Virus record (IMG/VR): IMGVR_UViG_3300010234_000012
Location: 1-59,551 of that record
Reading direction: 5' to 3' (one strand)
Origin: a virus
Taxonomy: Duplodnaviria > Caudoviricetes
Length of the DNA: 59,551 nt
Both the position numbers and the translations under genes were made by a program. Positions 26,183 to 36,269 of the stretch are shown here, piece after piece (the first letter of the stretch is position 1; every line of letters begins with the position of its first letter). Under the pieces are notes generated by a model that saw only the letters and a program-made list of their open reading frames with translations, did no database searches and had not been told where the DNA came from.

Positions 26183-28845
26183 TAGTACTTAACTCCCGGT
26201 ATCTTAATATCTAACGCATCCTCTTGAAACCCAGTAACCCAATCGTTATACTGATTCAGTAACTCGGTTAGTTGCTGCTGTTGATTACTTAGTCTGGCTA
26301 TCCACTTCTTCTGCTCAGCTTTTTGATACTTATTATCAGTAGGCAATACTTTGATACCATCCCTAATGTCCTCTATATGGGATGCCAACTGCCTTAAATC
26401 AAAGTCCGCTGTAAAAGAGAAATCTCCTTTTTCAGCCATTGCCGAGAAATCATCTAGTTGCTTTAGAGCAGGTACGCCATCATGGGTGAACTGGTCCGAT
26501 AGTAAATTATATGTATCAAATTCTCCAGCATCTTTAAACTCCGCAACACTGTTGGCTTTAAGTTGCTTTGTGTAAAAAGACTTATCTCGAATAGCAGTTG
26601 GATCATTACCAGGGGCACCATAGGTATCTGTCAGTTGCTGCCAATATTCTTCAGGCCACTCATCCATATGGTCAATAAGCTGAGCCTGCTTGCCGAGATC
26701 TAGTTCCCTAAAATCTGTGATATCCATCAATCCGTCATCTTGGACATAATTCTGTACCTCGATAAATAACTCACTGCTAGGACTATTATAGGCAGCTGTC
26801 TCAAGCCCTGACTCGTTTAGGTCCCCAATCAGGTCAAATAACGATCTGTTCTCCAGGGTGCCATCAATCACACTATTGACATCGGTGCTCTCTAGTTCAG
26901 AGGTTAGCTTGGTTCTTAGCTTCTCGGCATCCGTCTCATCCAATACCCCATCGGTATCTCCCAGAAGGTTCTGGATCTTATCCACCAGGGTCTGTGCATC
27001 GGGATCACCGAATGCTGCCATCTGCTGTGCGGTACTGTAACTGGCCTGAAGTGTCTCGATCGGCTGTGCGAACGGCTCGCCCATTGCGGCGGACAGAACC
27101 TCTTCAAGAGTAGCATCATCCCCTAAGCGGTCCAGATCATCCTGTACTTGATGGTATTCTTGGAACTCATCATAACGATCTGGGTTCTCGGCAAGTGCTT
27201 CCTTATCGTCCACATCCAACTGCATGAAATTCTGGTCCTCTAACCAGAGGGTATTATTGCCAGACTGTAGGGTTTCCCATACGCCCTCAGCAACATCCAA
27301 GGTAGTTTGCATCTGCGAGTTTGTTACGAACGCACTAGATGCCTCTACTCCGGCTAGATCTGCCAGCATCTGATCCTGGGTAAGGTCACCATACTCACTG
27401 GCAGTCTTGATCTGCTCTGGAGTCAATTCCAGTTGCTTGATCTCCTCGACGTTCTGCGGGGTCAACTTACCAGCCAGGGCAATGCGGTCAGGGTCTGCCT
27501 CGTCAAAGAGTATCTGCCCGATGCCTGTTCCCTGTAGCTCCGATTTAATGGATGTTAAGGTAGCTGAGGTCACTGATTGCTCTGGGTTCCAGCCGGGGGC
27601 CAATGCCTGTAGTACGTCTGGTGGCAATGAGATGTCCTCTCCTATACGTCCTAGGTCCTTCCACTCCTGCTGCACGGTCTCGAATTCTTGTGTGGTCTTG
27701 CCGATCGTGGTGCTCAAGTCAGCTAAGGCCAACTGGTTCTCATCCACCCAGGCTCGCAATCCAGCGAAATCCTCAGGCGGGAATATCTTATCTCGTTCTT
27801 TGTCGTCGGCGGCAAGGTAATCTACAATCAAGTTTGTTAGGTTCTCATCGTCGAGCAACTCATTGATATCATATTCTTCCTCGCCAACCATAACCATCTG
27901 CGATTGGTCAATGTCCTCTACGGTCTCGGCTACCTCAGTCTCGGCACCGATCACACCAACTTGGCCTAGGTCGCGCAACTGCTCCATGATCAGCTTACGT
28001 TGGACACTACCACGAGGCAATGAGGCTAGTCTTGCTCGTAGATCCTTAGCCCGGTCGAATTCAGCCTGCTGCACTTGGGTTACACGGTCCTGGAGATCCT
28101 TGAGTGACATATTAGGCAGCTCGGCGGGGGTTACTCCGATAAGCTGTGCTACGTCTGCGGCAGATCCCATACCCAGGCTGCTGATATCCAGTTCACCTAA
28201 GGTTACATTATCAATCACGGATGTAGCGACTGCCTCACCTGTGGCGGCAAGGGTTGTGTCTATCATATTCTGTGCGACATCCCGGCTCACTCCAGGCAGA
28301 GCATCCAGTTGCACTAGTATCTGTTCTGCGGCATCCCCTGTCGGATTGTCGGCAAGTTGCTGTAGTAGGCTACGGACCTGAGATGCCTCGGAGTTGGGGT
28401 CTTCCAGATCTCGCGTCAACTGCTCCTGGTTGATACCTAGAGTGGTGGCGATATTCTCATCTGATAGTATTGGGGTCTGCTGTGCCTGCCCCGCCTGCTC
28501 CATCTGCTGCTGCACTAAGGTCTCAACACGAGAGCCTAAACTGCCGAATGCCTTGAGACGATCTGCCTTCTGTGCTGCGGCCTGCTCCGGTGGCAATGCC
28601 TGCATCCGACCTTCATCTAGCCGTTGGGCACCGCTAAGGGTCTCTTCTTTGGCAACACGCTCCTGCAATACGGGCTCTTTCTGGGCTTTGGTGCCGATCA
28701 TCTTGGTACTATCCGGCGATGCCCCTAGAGCCTGTGCAGTATATTGGGTTGTGGGTGTGCTATCGAGGTCGAGCTGCTGCATTCTATCCTGAAGAGTCTC
28801 TTCCGACTCCTCGAATAACTGCCCCCCTCTTCTAATAGTAGCCAC
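26182..28845 (-). CDS. Large acidic internal virion protein
   Basis: 887 aa, follows tail nozzle. Confidence 0.6.
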   Translation of the reverse strand: MATIRRGGQLFEESEETLQDRMQQLDLDSTPTTQYTAQALGASPDSTKMIGTKAQKEPVLQERVAKEETLSGAQRLDEGRMQALPPEQAAAQKADRLKAFGSLGSRVETLVQQQMEQAGQAQQTPILSDENIATTLGINQEQLTRDLEDPNSEASQVRSLLQQLADNPTGDAAEQILVQLDALPGVSRDVAQNMIDTTLAATGEAVATSVIDNVTLGELDISSLGMGSAADVAQLIGVTPAELPNMSLKDLQDRVTQVQQAEFDRAKDLRARLASLPRGSVQRKLIMEQLRDLGQVGVIGAETEVAETVEDIDQSQMVMVGEEEYDINELLDDENLTNLIVDYLAADDKERDKIFPPEDFAGLRAWVDENQLALADLSTTIGKTTQEFETVQQEWKDLGRIGEDISLPPDVLQALAPGWNPEQSVTSATLTSIKSELQGTGIGQILFDEADPDRIALAGKLTPQNVEEIKQLELTPEQIKTASEYGDLTQDQMLADLAGVEASSAFVTNSQMQTTLDVAEGVWETLQSGNNTLWLEDQNFMQLDVDDKEALAENPDRYDEFQEYHQVQDDLDRLGDDATLEEVLSAAMGEPFAQPIETLQASYSTAQQMAAFGDPDAQTLVDKIQNLLGDTDGVLDETDAEKLRTKLTSELESTDVNSVIDGTLENRSLFDLIGDLNESGLETAAYNSPSSELFIEVQNYVQDDGLMDITDFRELDLGKQAQLIDHMDEWPEEYWQQLTDTYGAPGNDPTAIRDKSFYTKQLKANSVAEFKDAGEFDTYNLLSDQFTHDGVPALKQLDDFSAMAEKGDFSFTADFDLRQLASHIEDIRDGIKVLPTDNKYQKAEQKKWIARLSNQQQQLTELLNQYNDWVTGFQEDALDIKIPGVKY

Positions 28846-28870
28846 TAATCTCCCCCTAGGTGTTTGATTT

Positions 28871-28899
28871 ATTATACCAAATTCTATGTACTATGTCAA
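28871..28899 (-). promoter_or_regulatory. Consensus sigma70 promoter for ejection-protein genes
   Basis: TTGACA-17-TATAAT with TG on minus strand. Confidence 0.85.
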
Positions 28900-28910
28900 G
28901 TACTAATTTC

Positions 28911-31900
28911 TTAAGTTTTATCAGGGCCTTCTGGAATTCCAGCCTCTCTGAGTAACGCAACATTGTAGTCTACCCCGGCAAGTGTTAGATCCTCGTCCTT
29001 TGTGGAGTTGGTATACTTAGTTTGCAGATATATCAATCGTCGTCGAGGTGGCGTCAGGCTTACAGTTTCGACCTTGGCCACACCATCTCGCGTGATATTA
29101 AAGCTATCGGCAGATGCGAATGTACCGTCGAGATCGGGGCTCGTGAGTACGCTAGTCCCTGTCATAGAGCTTCGACGCATCTGGAAGTGACTGACAATAT
29201 TGGATATGATCTTCCTGGCCCCCGACACACCGAAGTCATCTGCCCTCAGCAGGATCACAGCTTCAGCCACAGCCGAGGCATCATCCCTGTAGTCGGTGGA
29301 GTCCCCAGCGTTGCGTATCTTGTAGACCTGCCCATCCGTAGTGGAGAAGAAGGCATCAGATGCTAGGTTGGCCCATCCAGTCGAGTTATGGTTAGTATAC
29401 CGTGTCCATGCCCCGAACTCCTGGTCTCTGCCCTCACGTTGGTGATCATAGACGAATACCTGGTTGTTCGTTGCCTGGGAGTCCCCATAGGGCACGGATA
29501 GCTTATACTTGCGGCCCACTCCATAGTGATGCCCTGTTGCCTTGGCGAGGTAGGTCTTGTCAACACTGTCCTCCCACAGGCGCTCAACGTGCTTACCTAC
29601 ATAGGAGATACTCTGGTCTCGGTTTAGCCTGTAGATCCCAGACTCATTGGCAAACATAATACCGTCGCGAGTACTGGCAATAGAGAACGGTGCCGAGCAA
29701 CCCAATCCGCGAGACTGGATCTTCGAGATCTGCTTCGAGGCGATGTCTACTAGATACACAGAGTTAGTTTTGAATACAACGATAAGACTCTCTACCTGCC
29801 CCTGGCCGAATACTGATTCACCAAAGAAGGGTATGATGCCTGTGATTTCCTGGCCATCTGAGCTGTTTACGTCGATTGCGCTATCCCCTGCCCCTGCCTG
29901 ACCGTATGGATCGTCGAACAATTCTGGGTAGTTAGAATAGCTGGCCACAACCCTACTCGGAAAGAGTGGAGTCGAGGCACCCACCGTCGCACTGGCTGTA
30001 CGCAAGAGGCTCTGAACAAAGATCTGGGCGGTGCTAATAGAAGCTGGGAGTACGACCTCCATTGTATCGCTGAACACCTTATCTTGACGTACAACCAGGC
30101 GACCCACACCAACCTCTGCCCCAGCAGCTGCGGTCATCCAGGGTATAAATGTTGACATACCAGACACAGCTAGATCTACAACCCTCATTGAGGCATTGAT
30201 AGCATCGGCAAGTCTCTGCATTGCAGTAGCTTCGTTGATAGTATTAGCACCCCGTAGGTTCCTATTACCGTCTGTTCCCATCCATACGGGGATATCTGTA
30301 GTAGTGGTGGCTGTGACAAACGTATCTACATCCTCAGTGCTTACAGTTGCGCTGTTAGTAAAGTTGACTGTAAAACTATGAGTTGTAACACTACCTATCT
30401 GCCACCAACCCGCGAATTGTAGATCATTATCTGTACCTACTGCTGAGTGATACATATAGATCCAGTCGCCAGCCGTTAACCCATGAGAGGGAGATTCAAC
30501 CACAAAGGTGCTGGATGTCCGTGTAATATTGTGTTGAGGGGTTACTGTGTGTATCCCAGAGCCGTCGTCGGTCCACGAGATCGCAGTACCAGCTACGGCA
30601 TTAGTTATATTAGTAGCAAATTTATAGTTATCATCATCAACCTTGATAATATAATAATCAGTAGAGGCAGATAATCCAGTAGGTAGAGTACCGGCAGATG
30701 ATACCTGAACCTTTGTTCCAGTGATAAACCCGTGTGCTGTATCATTAAATTGGATACCTGAGTTATCAGTAACATCCCCAGCTACAGCAGCATCGACTGT
30801 ACTCGCAGTGGCTGTTGGGAGGATGGTGGTAGTCCCGCCGTCCACAAACTCATACTTGACTCTATTCACCATGTCGGTGCTAGTGCCACTATCTGTGTCA
30901 TCCTTACGGAATAAGAAGGTTTTTTGATCCACATCAGAGGCAGATACACTGGCAGCTCCTGGGGCTCGTCTCATAGTGATGTCGAGTTCCGGGTAACCTT
31001 TAACATTACCTAAGATCAGTTGATTGTTGGCCGAGGTTAGATACTTGGCTCGCGGAGCAGATGTCCAGGATGTCCCTAGTTCGGCTCCCTTGAGGGCAGA
31101 AGTAACAAAGTCAAACTCCTGAAGAAATTCATCGTCCAAGGCATCAGTAATGTCTAAGTATCCCTGATAGTTATTGAAGTCTAAATCTACTACCTTAACC
31201 TTGTAATAAGGAGCCTCGGTGTTACTCTTAGTTCTGTATACTTCAACCTCTAACTTATCGTAGTCATATACGTCCCAAACAGGTAGTCCAACAAGACGGA
31301 TTTTGATCTGTCCAGAGGCTGTTAGTTCGACTGTAAAATCTTCAGATCCTGTTGCCGCCGAAGCGATAACATTATCATTATTATCCACAGCATTGAGCCG
31401 GAAGTAGTAGTTAAACTGTCTAGTCTTGGTTAAATTCCCAGTAGAATTAACGGCTGAAACATCCTCAACAAAATGGATAATCTTATTGTCTGCATCTATA
31501 CTCTGAATAGTGTAGATTGCACTTGATCCAGTAACACTAGACCAGACTCTATCACCGACATCAAAAGCCGCAGTTGAATTAGTCATAACTATACTATTCT
31601 CCGCTTGGGCAGCATGGGCAGAGGATATCTGGCTCTTGGGGATAGATCCGGTAGTCGTATCAATCTGAGCAAATAACTGCGGTTGCCACCTCACTAACCC
31701 CGAGCGATATAGATTCGTGCCATCGTACTTATACACTTCATCATCGTTGTTTGTGAAGTACATATTATCTGTTACAATAGTGGATCGCAGAATCGGTTGA
31801 GTAGTATATGTGTTAGAGTTGAAATGATAGGTATAGGTACTATCCACCAGGTTGTCACTGGAGGTAGGTGCTTCTGCTGGTATCCAACGCCCAACGGCAG

Positions 31901-34226
31901 ATACTGTAGTTGTGGAGGCTGTGGAGTCAGACCACTCGAAGCTCTCGTCCAGCTCTAGGGCAGTGCCTATCATGGTGGCATTGACGGTCGAGGTGGTAGT
32001 AGCTGTCGTAGTATTGAACTTCAGTTTGGTCGAGGTAGTAATGGAGGTTACAGTATGCGTACCATCCAACAAGGCGTCCCCGGTCTTAATCAGGGTGAAT
32101 GAGTCCCCAGCTACTAGGCCATGATTGCCAGATAAGGTGATCTCGTGCTCGGTGCCGTCGATTGTATCTGCGGAGATTGTCAGGTTCCCGGTATTGCGAA
32201 CCCGGTTGACTCTCATCTCCCGATCATATCCAGTAACCGTACACATATCCCCACGCACAAAGTTCGTAGTCGCGGCCATCGGCAGGACCTTGCTAGTACG
32301 TGTGCCTAATACGCGCAAACCAGCAGGCAGATCTACCTCAGAGGTTACTCCGTCGATCATGATCTCTTCGGCAGCGGAGGTGTTGTCCTTAACTGTTGCA
32401 GTCAGGGCATTCAGTACCTCGCCCGTTAGTTCATCTCCAAGGGCAAAGTTCGCGGTGTTTGTGAGGGTTAATTTATCTGTGTATACTGCGGCATACCCAC
32501 TAGAGCCTGCCTCATCGAAGTCATCCAGGGTTGCAGCGGAGTTCTCTACCGTGATGGTGTTGCTGGAGTTATCGACCGAATAGATCTTGAACGTCCCATT
32601 GTGCAAACTATGAGCCATGCCCGTAACTGTCAGCCAATCGGCAACATTATCAGACGAGGACACCTGGAGTGCGGTGGATAGATCCCCGGATTTGTTAGTT
32701 AACTGTAATGTGTAGGTTACTCGCCCACTCACAGATAAAGCTGCGGCGGTTACAATAGCTTGACCAGCACTAGTTACATCATCGGCATCCACAGTTCCTC
32801 TAGTGCGGGAAGATGATCCGCCAGTGGTTTGGAATGCAGGGGCTAGGATTGTATTGCCAGATACTCGGTTCTCTAATGAGACTTCCTGGCTTGGTATCAG
32901 ATAGTCAGACCCAACCTCAGTCCGTGTACGTGCGGTGAATACGTTACCACCTAGACCGGCTACCATACGTTCCTCACCAGATCGCTTGTAAGCGTCGATG
33001 TGGGTGGTGTGACCTTCTTGATTGCTGGTTGAGTTGTATGCACCAGCATGAGGCAATCCCCACACTGTGAGCTGGGGGTCTGTATCTGTGTAGGAGCTCG
33101 TTGTTGCATTCGGGGTAACAACTAGGGCATTAGATGTCAGAGTTGTGAACTCATAGAAGAACTCGTAAGTCTCGGAGGTTCCGCCAGAGTTGGTGATAGT
33201 GGCTGTGAGGGTGGAGTTATCGTCGTCTTTGGTCATGCTGTCGGGTATGAACATGGCCCCAGAGGTAGTGGCATATGCAGCTGTAAAGAAGAAATCGTCG
33301 GAGATGCTTGTAGCCTGGACGGTACCAGAGGATGCTGCCCCTACACTACCAGACTTAACATTAGCGGCTGGAGCTGCGGATAATACAGTACGCACATCCA
33401 TATCTGTGCCGCCAGAGTTAGTTACGTCAATGTCAACCTGTCCGGTACTGCGGTTTACAGTTACAGTATCTGGCAGGAATTGCACCCACTCCGTACTATC
33501 TAGATAGTAGAATTGCGGGATGACGTTGAAGTTACTAAGCTGATGAGTTGCCGCTGTGATAGTAATAGTGGCCGAGCTGGATGCGCTAACCGTGTCTGTC
33601 TGTGCCCAGGAGTTACCGTCACCGTTTCCGTTCTTTGCGGTCACTAGGAGGAATACTGTAGTGTTGGCTCCTAAGGTGTAACCAAATTCGATATCATATG
33701 GATCAGAGTTCTCAATATCAATCCGATCAACGGGCATATAAGTCCCATCTCGGTTGTTGGCATCGGTGGACTCAATCACAGATATGAAGGCGTCGGAGGT
33801 ATCTACTTGGTGCCTTGCCTCAAGCATAGAGTATGGGCTAGATCCAGTTGCGAATGTGTCGGGTATCTCGGACGAGAATGAGGTATAGTATTGGGCACCG
33901 TCAGTGGTTGTGAAGTCCCCTGTGGCACCACTATCAGACAGCTTGCCGTAAACTACAATAGGGCTGTCGTCGAAGTTAAACGTATTGATCGCCCCGTTCA
34001 GGGCCAAGGTGATGTCCGTACCATCAGAGGTAATAGACTCCACACGCATGGGCACCCAGCCGTAGTACCCCTGATAACCAGGGCGCTTGCTGAGGTATCC
34101 ATTAGAGTTGGTATCAATGTTCTGGAGATCTTCTGCGTATCCCGGAGCAATGGCGCTCTCGGCGGATCTGGCGTCAATTCCTCGGCCAATATCCTTACGC
34201 GAGATCTTCGTATATTGGTATGCCAT
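28911..34226 (-). CDS. Tail nozzle / tubular protein B-like protein with inserted beta domains
   Basis: N-terminal N.D....G.LSKRPG, C-terminal beta-propeller-like repeats, HGL.AGD inserts; position after adaptor. Confidence 0.75.
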   Translation of the reverse strand: MAYQYTKISRKDIGRGIDARSAESAIAPGYAEDLQNIDTNSNGYLSKRPGYQGYYGWVPMRVESITSDGTDITLALNGAINTFNFDDSPIVVYGKLSDSGATGDFTTTDGAQYYTSFSSEIPDTFATGSSPYSMLEARHQVDTSDAFISVIESTDANNRDGTYMPVDRIDIENSDPYDIEFGYTLGANTTVFLLVTAKNGNGDGNSWAQTDTVSASSSATITITAATHQLSNFNVIPQFYYLDSTEWVQFLPDTVTVNRSTGQVDIDVTNSGGTDMDVRTVLSAAPAANVKSGSVGAASSGTVQATSISDDFFFTAAYATTSGAMFIPDSMTKDDDNSTLTATITNSGGTSETYEFFYEFTTLTSNALVVTPNATTSSYTDTDPQLTVWGLPHAGAYNSTSNQEGHTTHIDAYKRSGEERMVAGLGGNVFTARTRTEVGSDYLIPSQEVSLENRVSGNTILAPAFQTTGGSSSRTRGTVDADDVTSAGQAIVTAAALSVSGRVTYTLQLTNKSGDLSTALQVSSSDNVADWLTVTGMAHSLHNGTFKIYSVDNSSNTITVENSAATLDDFDEAGSSGYAAVYTDKLTLTNTANFALGDELTGEVLNALTATVKDNTSAAEEIMIDGVTSEVDLPAGLRVLGTRTSKVLPMAATTNFVRGDMCTVTGYDREMRVNRVRNTGNLTISADTIDGTEHEITLSGNHGLVAGDSFTLIKTGDALLDGTHTVTSITTSTKLKFNTTTATTTSTVNATMIGTALELDESFEWSDSTASTTTVSAVGRWIPAEAPTSSDNLVDSTYTYHFNSNTYTTQPILRSTIVTDNMYFTNNDDEVYKYDGTNLYRSGLVRWQPQLFAQIDTTTGSIPKSQISSAHAAQAENSIVMTNSTAAFDVGDRVWSSVTGSSAIYTIQSIDADNKIIHFVEDVSAVNSTGNLTKTRQFNYYFRLNAVDNNDNVIASAATGSEDFTVELTASGQIKIRLVGLPVWDVYDYDKLEVEVYRTKSNTEAPYYKVKVVDLDFNNYQGYLDITDALDDEFLQEFDFVTSALKGAELGTSWTSAPRAKYLTSANNQLILGNVKGYPELDITMRRAPGAASVSASDVDQKTFLFRKDDTDSGTSTDMVNRVKYEFVDGGTTTILPTATASTVDAAVAGDVTDNSGIQFNDTAHGFITGTKVQVSSAGTLPTGLSASTDYYIIKVDDDNYKFATNITNAVAGTAISWTDDGSGIHTVTPQHNITRTSSTFVVESPSHGLTAGDWIYMYHSAVGTDNDLQFAGWWQIGSVTTHSFTVNFTNSATVSTEDVDTFVTATTTTDIPVWMGTDGNRNLRGANTINEATAMQRLADAINASMRVVDLAVSGMSTFIPWMTAAAGAEVGVGRLVVRQDKVFSDTMEVVLPASISTAQIFVQSLLRTASATVGASTPLFPSRVVASYSNYPELFDDPYGQAGAGDSAIDVNSSDGQEITGIIPFFGESVFGQGQVESLIVVFKTNSVYLVDIASKQISKIQSRGLGCSAPFSIASTRDGIMFANESGIYRLNRDQSISYVGKHVERLWEDSVDKTYLAKATGHHYGVGRKYKLSVPYGDSQATNNQVFVYDHQREGRDQEFGAWTRYTNHNSTGWANLASDAFFSTTDGQVYKIRNAGDSTDYRDDASAVAEAVILLRADDFGVSGARKIISNIVSHFQMRRSSMTGTSVLTSPDLDGTFASADSFNITRDGVAKVETVSLTPPRRRLIYLQTKYTNSTKDEDLTLAGVDYNVALLREAGIPEGPDKT

Positions 34227-35227
34227 TAAGTTAAGAGTCTCCTGAGGTTCCCAGGTCGTGAGCTAAAGTGAGGATTCGATTTACGGATACGGTGTGATTG
34301 CTCGCGCCCTGCCCATGCACTTACTAGCTCCTCCTTAAGTTCTTTCAGGGCAATGAGTTCGTCTTGGATGGGTTCGCCAAATCGTCGGCGAATTTCTACC
34401 ACGGCGTACTGCACTAGGTAGTCGGCGTATGCTTCATCTAGTTCAGGCACACACGTCCCGGTCACTAGGCACACATAGTCATCAACTTGCAGATCACCAT
34501 CCTCTACACCATCGGCAAGGGATACATCATCGAGGTCATCCCCGACTGTGTGGCCCAATACTGTTGCCCGTGTCAGGCTGGAGGTCTTGAAGGATATCTG
34601 CCCTGTGTCACTGTCAGTAGACAACACCTGCAATGTACGCTTGATATGTCCTGTCTGATAGTCAATTACATTCAACCAGGCTCCGTAGCCAGAGGTCGTG
34701 TCGGTAGTGACTGAGCTGCCAATGGTGTCCACTAGGACATATACACTGGAGGTATCAATACTCGTGATTCGTCCCTGCTGAAGCACTAACTTCTCGGGCC
34801 TTCGCGTAAAGTGAATACGCAATACCAGCCCACCCGTAGGCTCTGGGAATAGCTGGATCTTGTTCTTCTTGAGGGCATAATGTGTCGGGCGCTGGGTCTG
34901 AGTAGTTGTAATGAAGGGGGTACGCTTGTGGTTGTGAATACGACGTACCTCACTCGCAGGTGCTGTGGAGCTGGTCTGGACCTCGATCTTCTCTACTCTG
35001 CGTCCGAAGGCTTCTGGAGGCAGTTCATAATCCCGCTGCCCAGCTACAGTCGTAACAGTCTTAGAGTCCCAGAACATCTCGTCATATTTACGCGCAAGGA
35101 TATTAGTTGCCTTACGCTGACCACGATTGAGTGCGGCCACGAGTTGGGCATCTGTCACATTAGCTGTGTTATTCTCGTCTAACTGGTCCCTGACCTCTTC
35201 AACGAGCTCGTCAGTGGTTCGGGACAT
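34226..35227 (-). CDS. Head-tail adaptor / tubular protein A-like protein
   Basis: T..ELVEEVR....E......D..L...LN; TVAGQRDYELP; P.HY....IQLFP.P. Confidence 0.75.
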   Translation of the reverse strand: MSRTTDELVEEVRDQLDENNTANVTDAQLVAALNRGQRKATNILARKYDEMFWDSKTVTTVAGQRDYELPPEAFGRRVEKIEVQTSSTAPASEVRRIHNHKRTPFITTTQTQRPTHYALKKNKIQLFPEPTGGLVLRIHFTRRPEKLVLQQGRITSIDTSSVYVLVDTIGSSVTTDTTSGYGAWLNVIDYQTGHIKRTLQVLSTDSDTGQISFKTSSLTRATVLGHTVGDDLDDVSLADGVEDGDLQVDDYVCLVTGTCVPELDEAYADYLVQYAVVEIRRRFGEPIQDELIALKELKEELVSAWAGREQSHRIRKSNPHFSSRPGNLRRLLT

Positions 35228-35228
35228 A

Positions 35229-35471
35229 TTAGAATAACTCCTCGTCCTCTTCTTCGTCCATTAGGTCGGCAGGTAGTTCTGGCAATGCGCCTTCTTCATC
35301 TTCGAGGTCGAAGTCCTCTTCGTCGTCCATCATTGGTTCTTCAGCTTCTGGGTCCATCTCGGCCATCTTACCGGCAAGGGCCATTGCTTCCTCTTCCAAC
35401 TCAGGATACTCACTAGCTAGTTCATCTAGCATTCGCTCGTATTTCTGCATCTCCATTGGATTCTCTGGCAT
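35229..35471 (-). CDS. Very acidic small protein
   Basis: AGGAG RBS; Asp/Glu rich. Confidence 0.65.
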   Translation of the reverse strand: MPENPMEMQKYERMLDELASEYPELEEEAMALAGKMAEMDPEAEEPMMDDEEDFDLEDEEGALPELPADLMDEEEDEELF

Positions 35472-35480
35472 TATAATCTC

Positions 35481-36011
35481 CTAGATAAAAAATGTTACTA
35501 TACAATAGCGCACACCTGATTCAACAGGCAATGCAGCATGGGCGTACACGTAGTTCGAGGGGAATAATACTAGATCCCCCGCCACGGGTTGGTATGTCCA
35601 GTCGAGGTATGGGTAAGTCAGTCCACCGCCCTCGAAGTCGTCGTTCATATAGATCAAACCGGATACCACTCTCGGCTTGTCGGGGGCATAGTCCGCATGT
35701 ACTCTGTATTCCTGCCCTGGTGTGTATCGTAGCATGTCACACATATCAGCGCCGCGCACATATACATGATCGTACTTCTCGCGGTATTGAGTAAGCGCCT
35801 CGCGGAACTCTCTCTGCACCTCCTTCATCGACTCGCCGATCTCAGGGAAATGCTTGGCAAGGGAGATGAGGTTGGCTCCTGCACTGGTCCTCTTGCCGGT
35901 TCCTCCGATGGTCTTACTCTCAATCCAGGCATTACCCACTTGGTTAACCTGTCTTATTAGCTGATCCCTGTCGAAGGTTGTCTTGTATACCTCTATCCCT
36001 GGAGGTGTCAT
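35481..36011 (-). CDS. 2OG-Fe(II) oxygenase (prolyl-4-hydroxylase-like)
   Basis: RY..GQ.Y..HAD, YMNDDFEGG.L, LFPS, H...PV.SG.RY. Confidence 0.9.
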   Translation of the reverse strand: MTPPGIEVYKTTFDRDQLIRQVNQVGNAWIESKTIGGTGKRTSAGANLISLAKHFPEIGESMKEVQREFREALTQYREKYDHVYVRGADMCDMLRYTPGQEYRVHADYAPDKPRVVSGLIYMNDDFEGGGLTYPYLDWTYQPVAGDLVLFPSNYVYAHAALPVESGVRYCIVTFFI

Positions 36012-36268
36012 CCCATAAGCCTCATAGCAAATGTGTATAATCCGCTACCAATACCGGCAAGTAGGGCAAAGATACCAACAGCTTTGACCACACCCTCGAT
36101 ACGGTGGATATGCCGTTCGACAGGCTCCATACGCAGCTTCAGTTCCTGCCTAGTAATTTGGAGGCCCTTCTCGGCAAGTTCAGTGCGATAGATGTGGTGT
36201 GCTAAGTCCTTGCGGATCTCGGCGATGTCCACACGCATATCGGTTAATATTTGTTCATACTTTTCCAT
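36008..36268 (-). CDS. Coiled-coil protein with C-terminal TM (XhlA-like, possible holin)
   Basis: Coil plus VGIFALLAGIGSGLY helix. Confidence 0.55.
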   Translation of the reverse strand: MEKYEQILTDMRVDIAEIRKDLAHHIYRTELAEKGLQITRQELKLRMEPVERHIHRIEGVVKAVGIFALLAGIGSGLYTFAMRLMG

Positions 36269-36269
36269 G

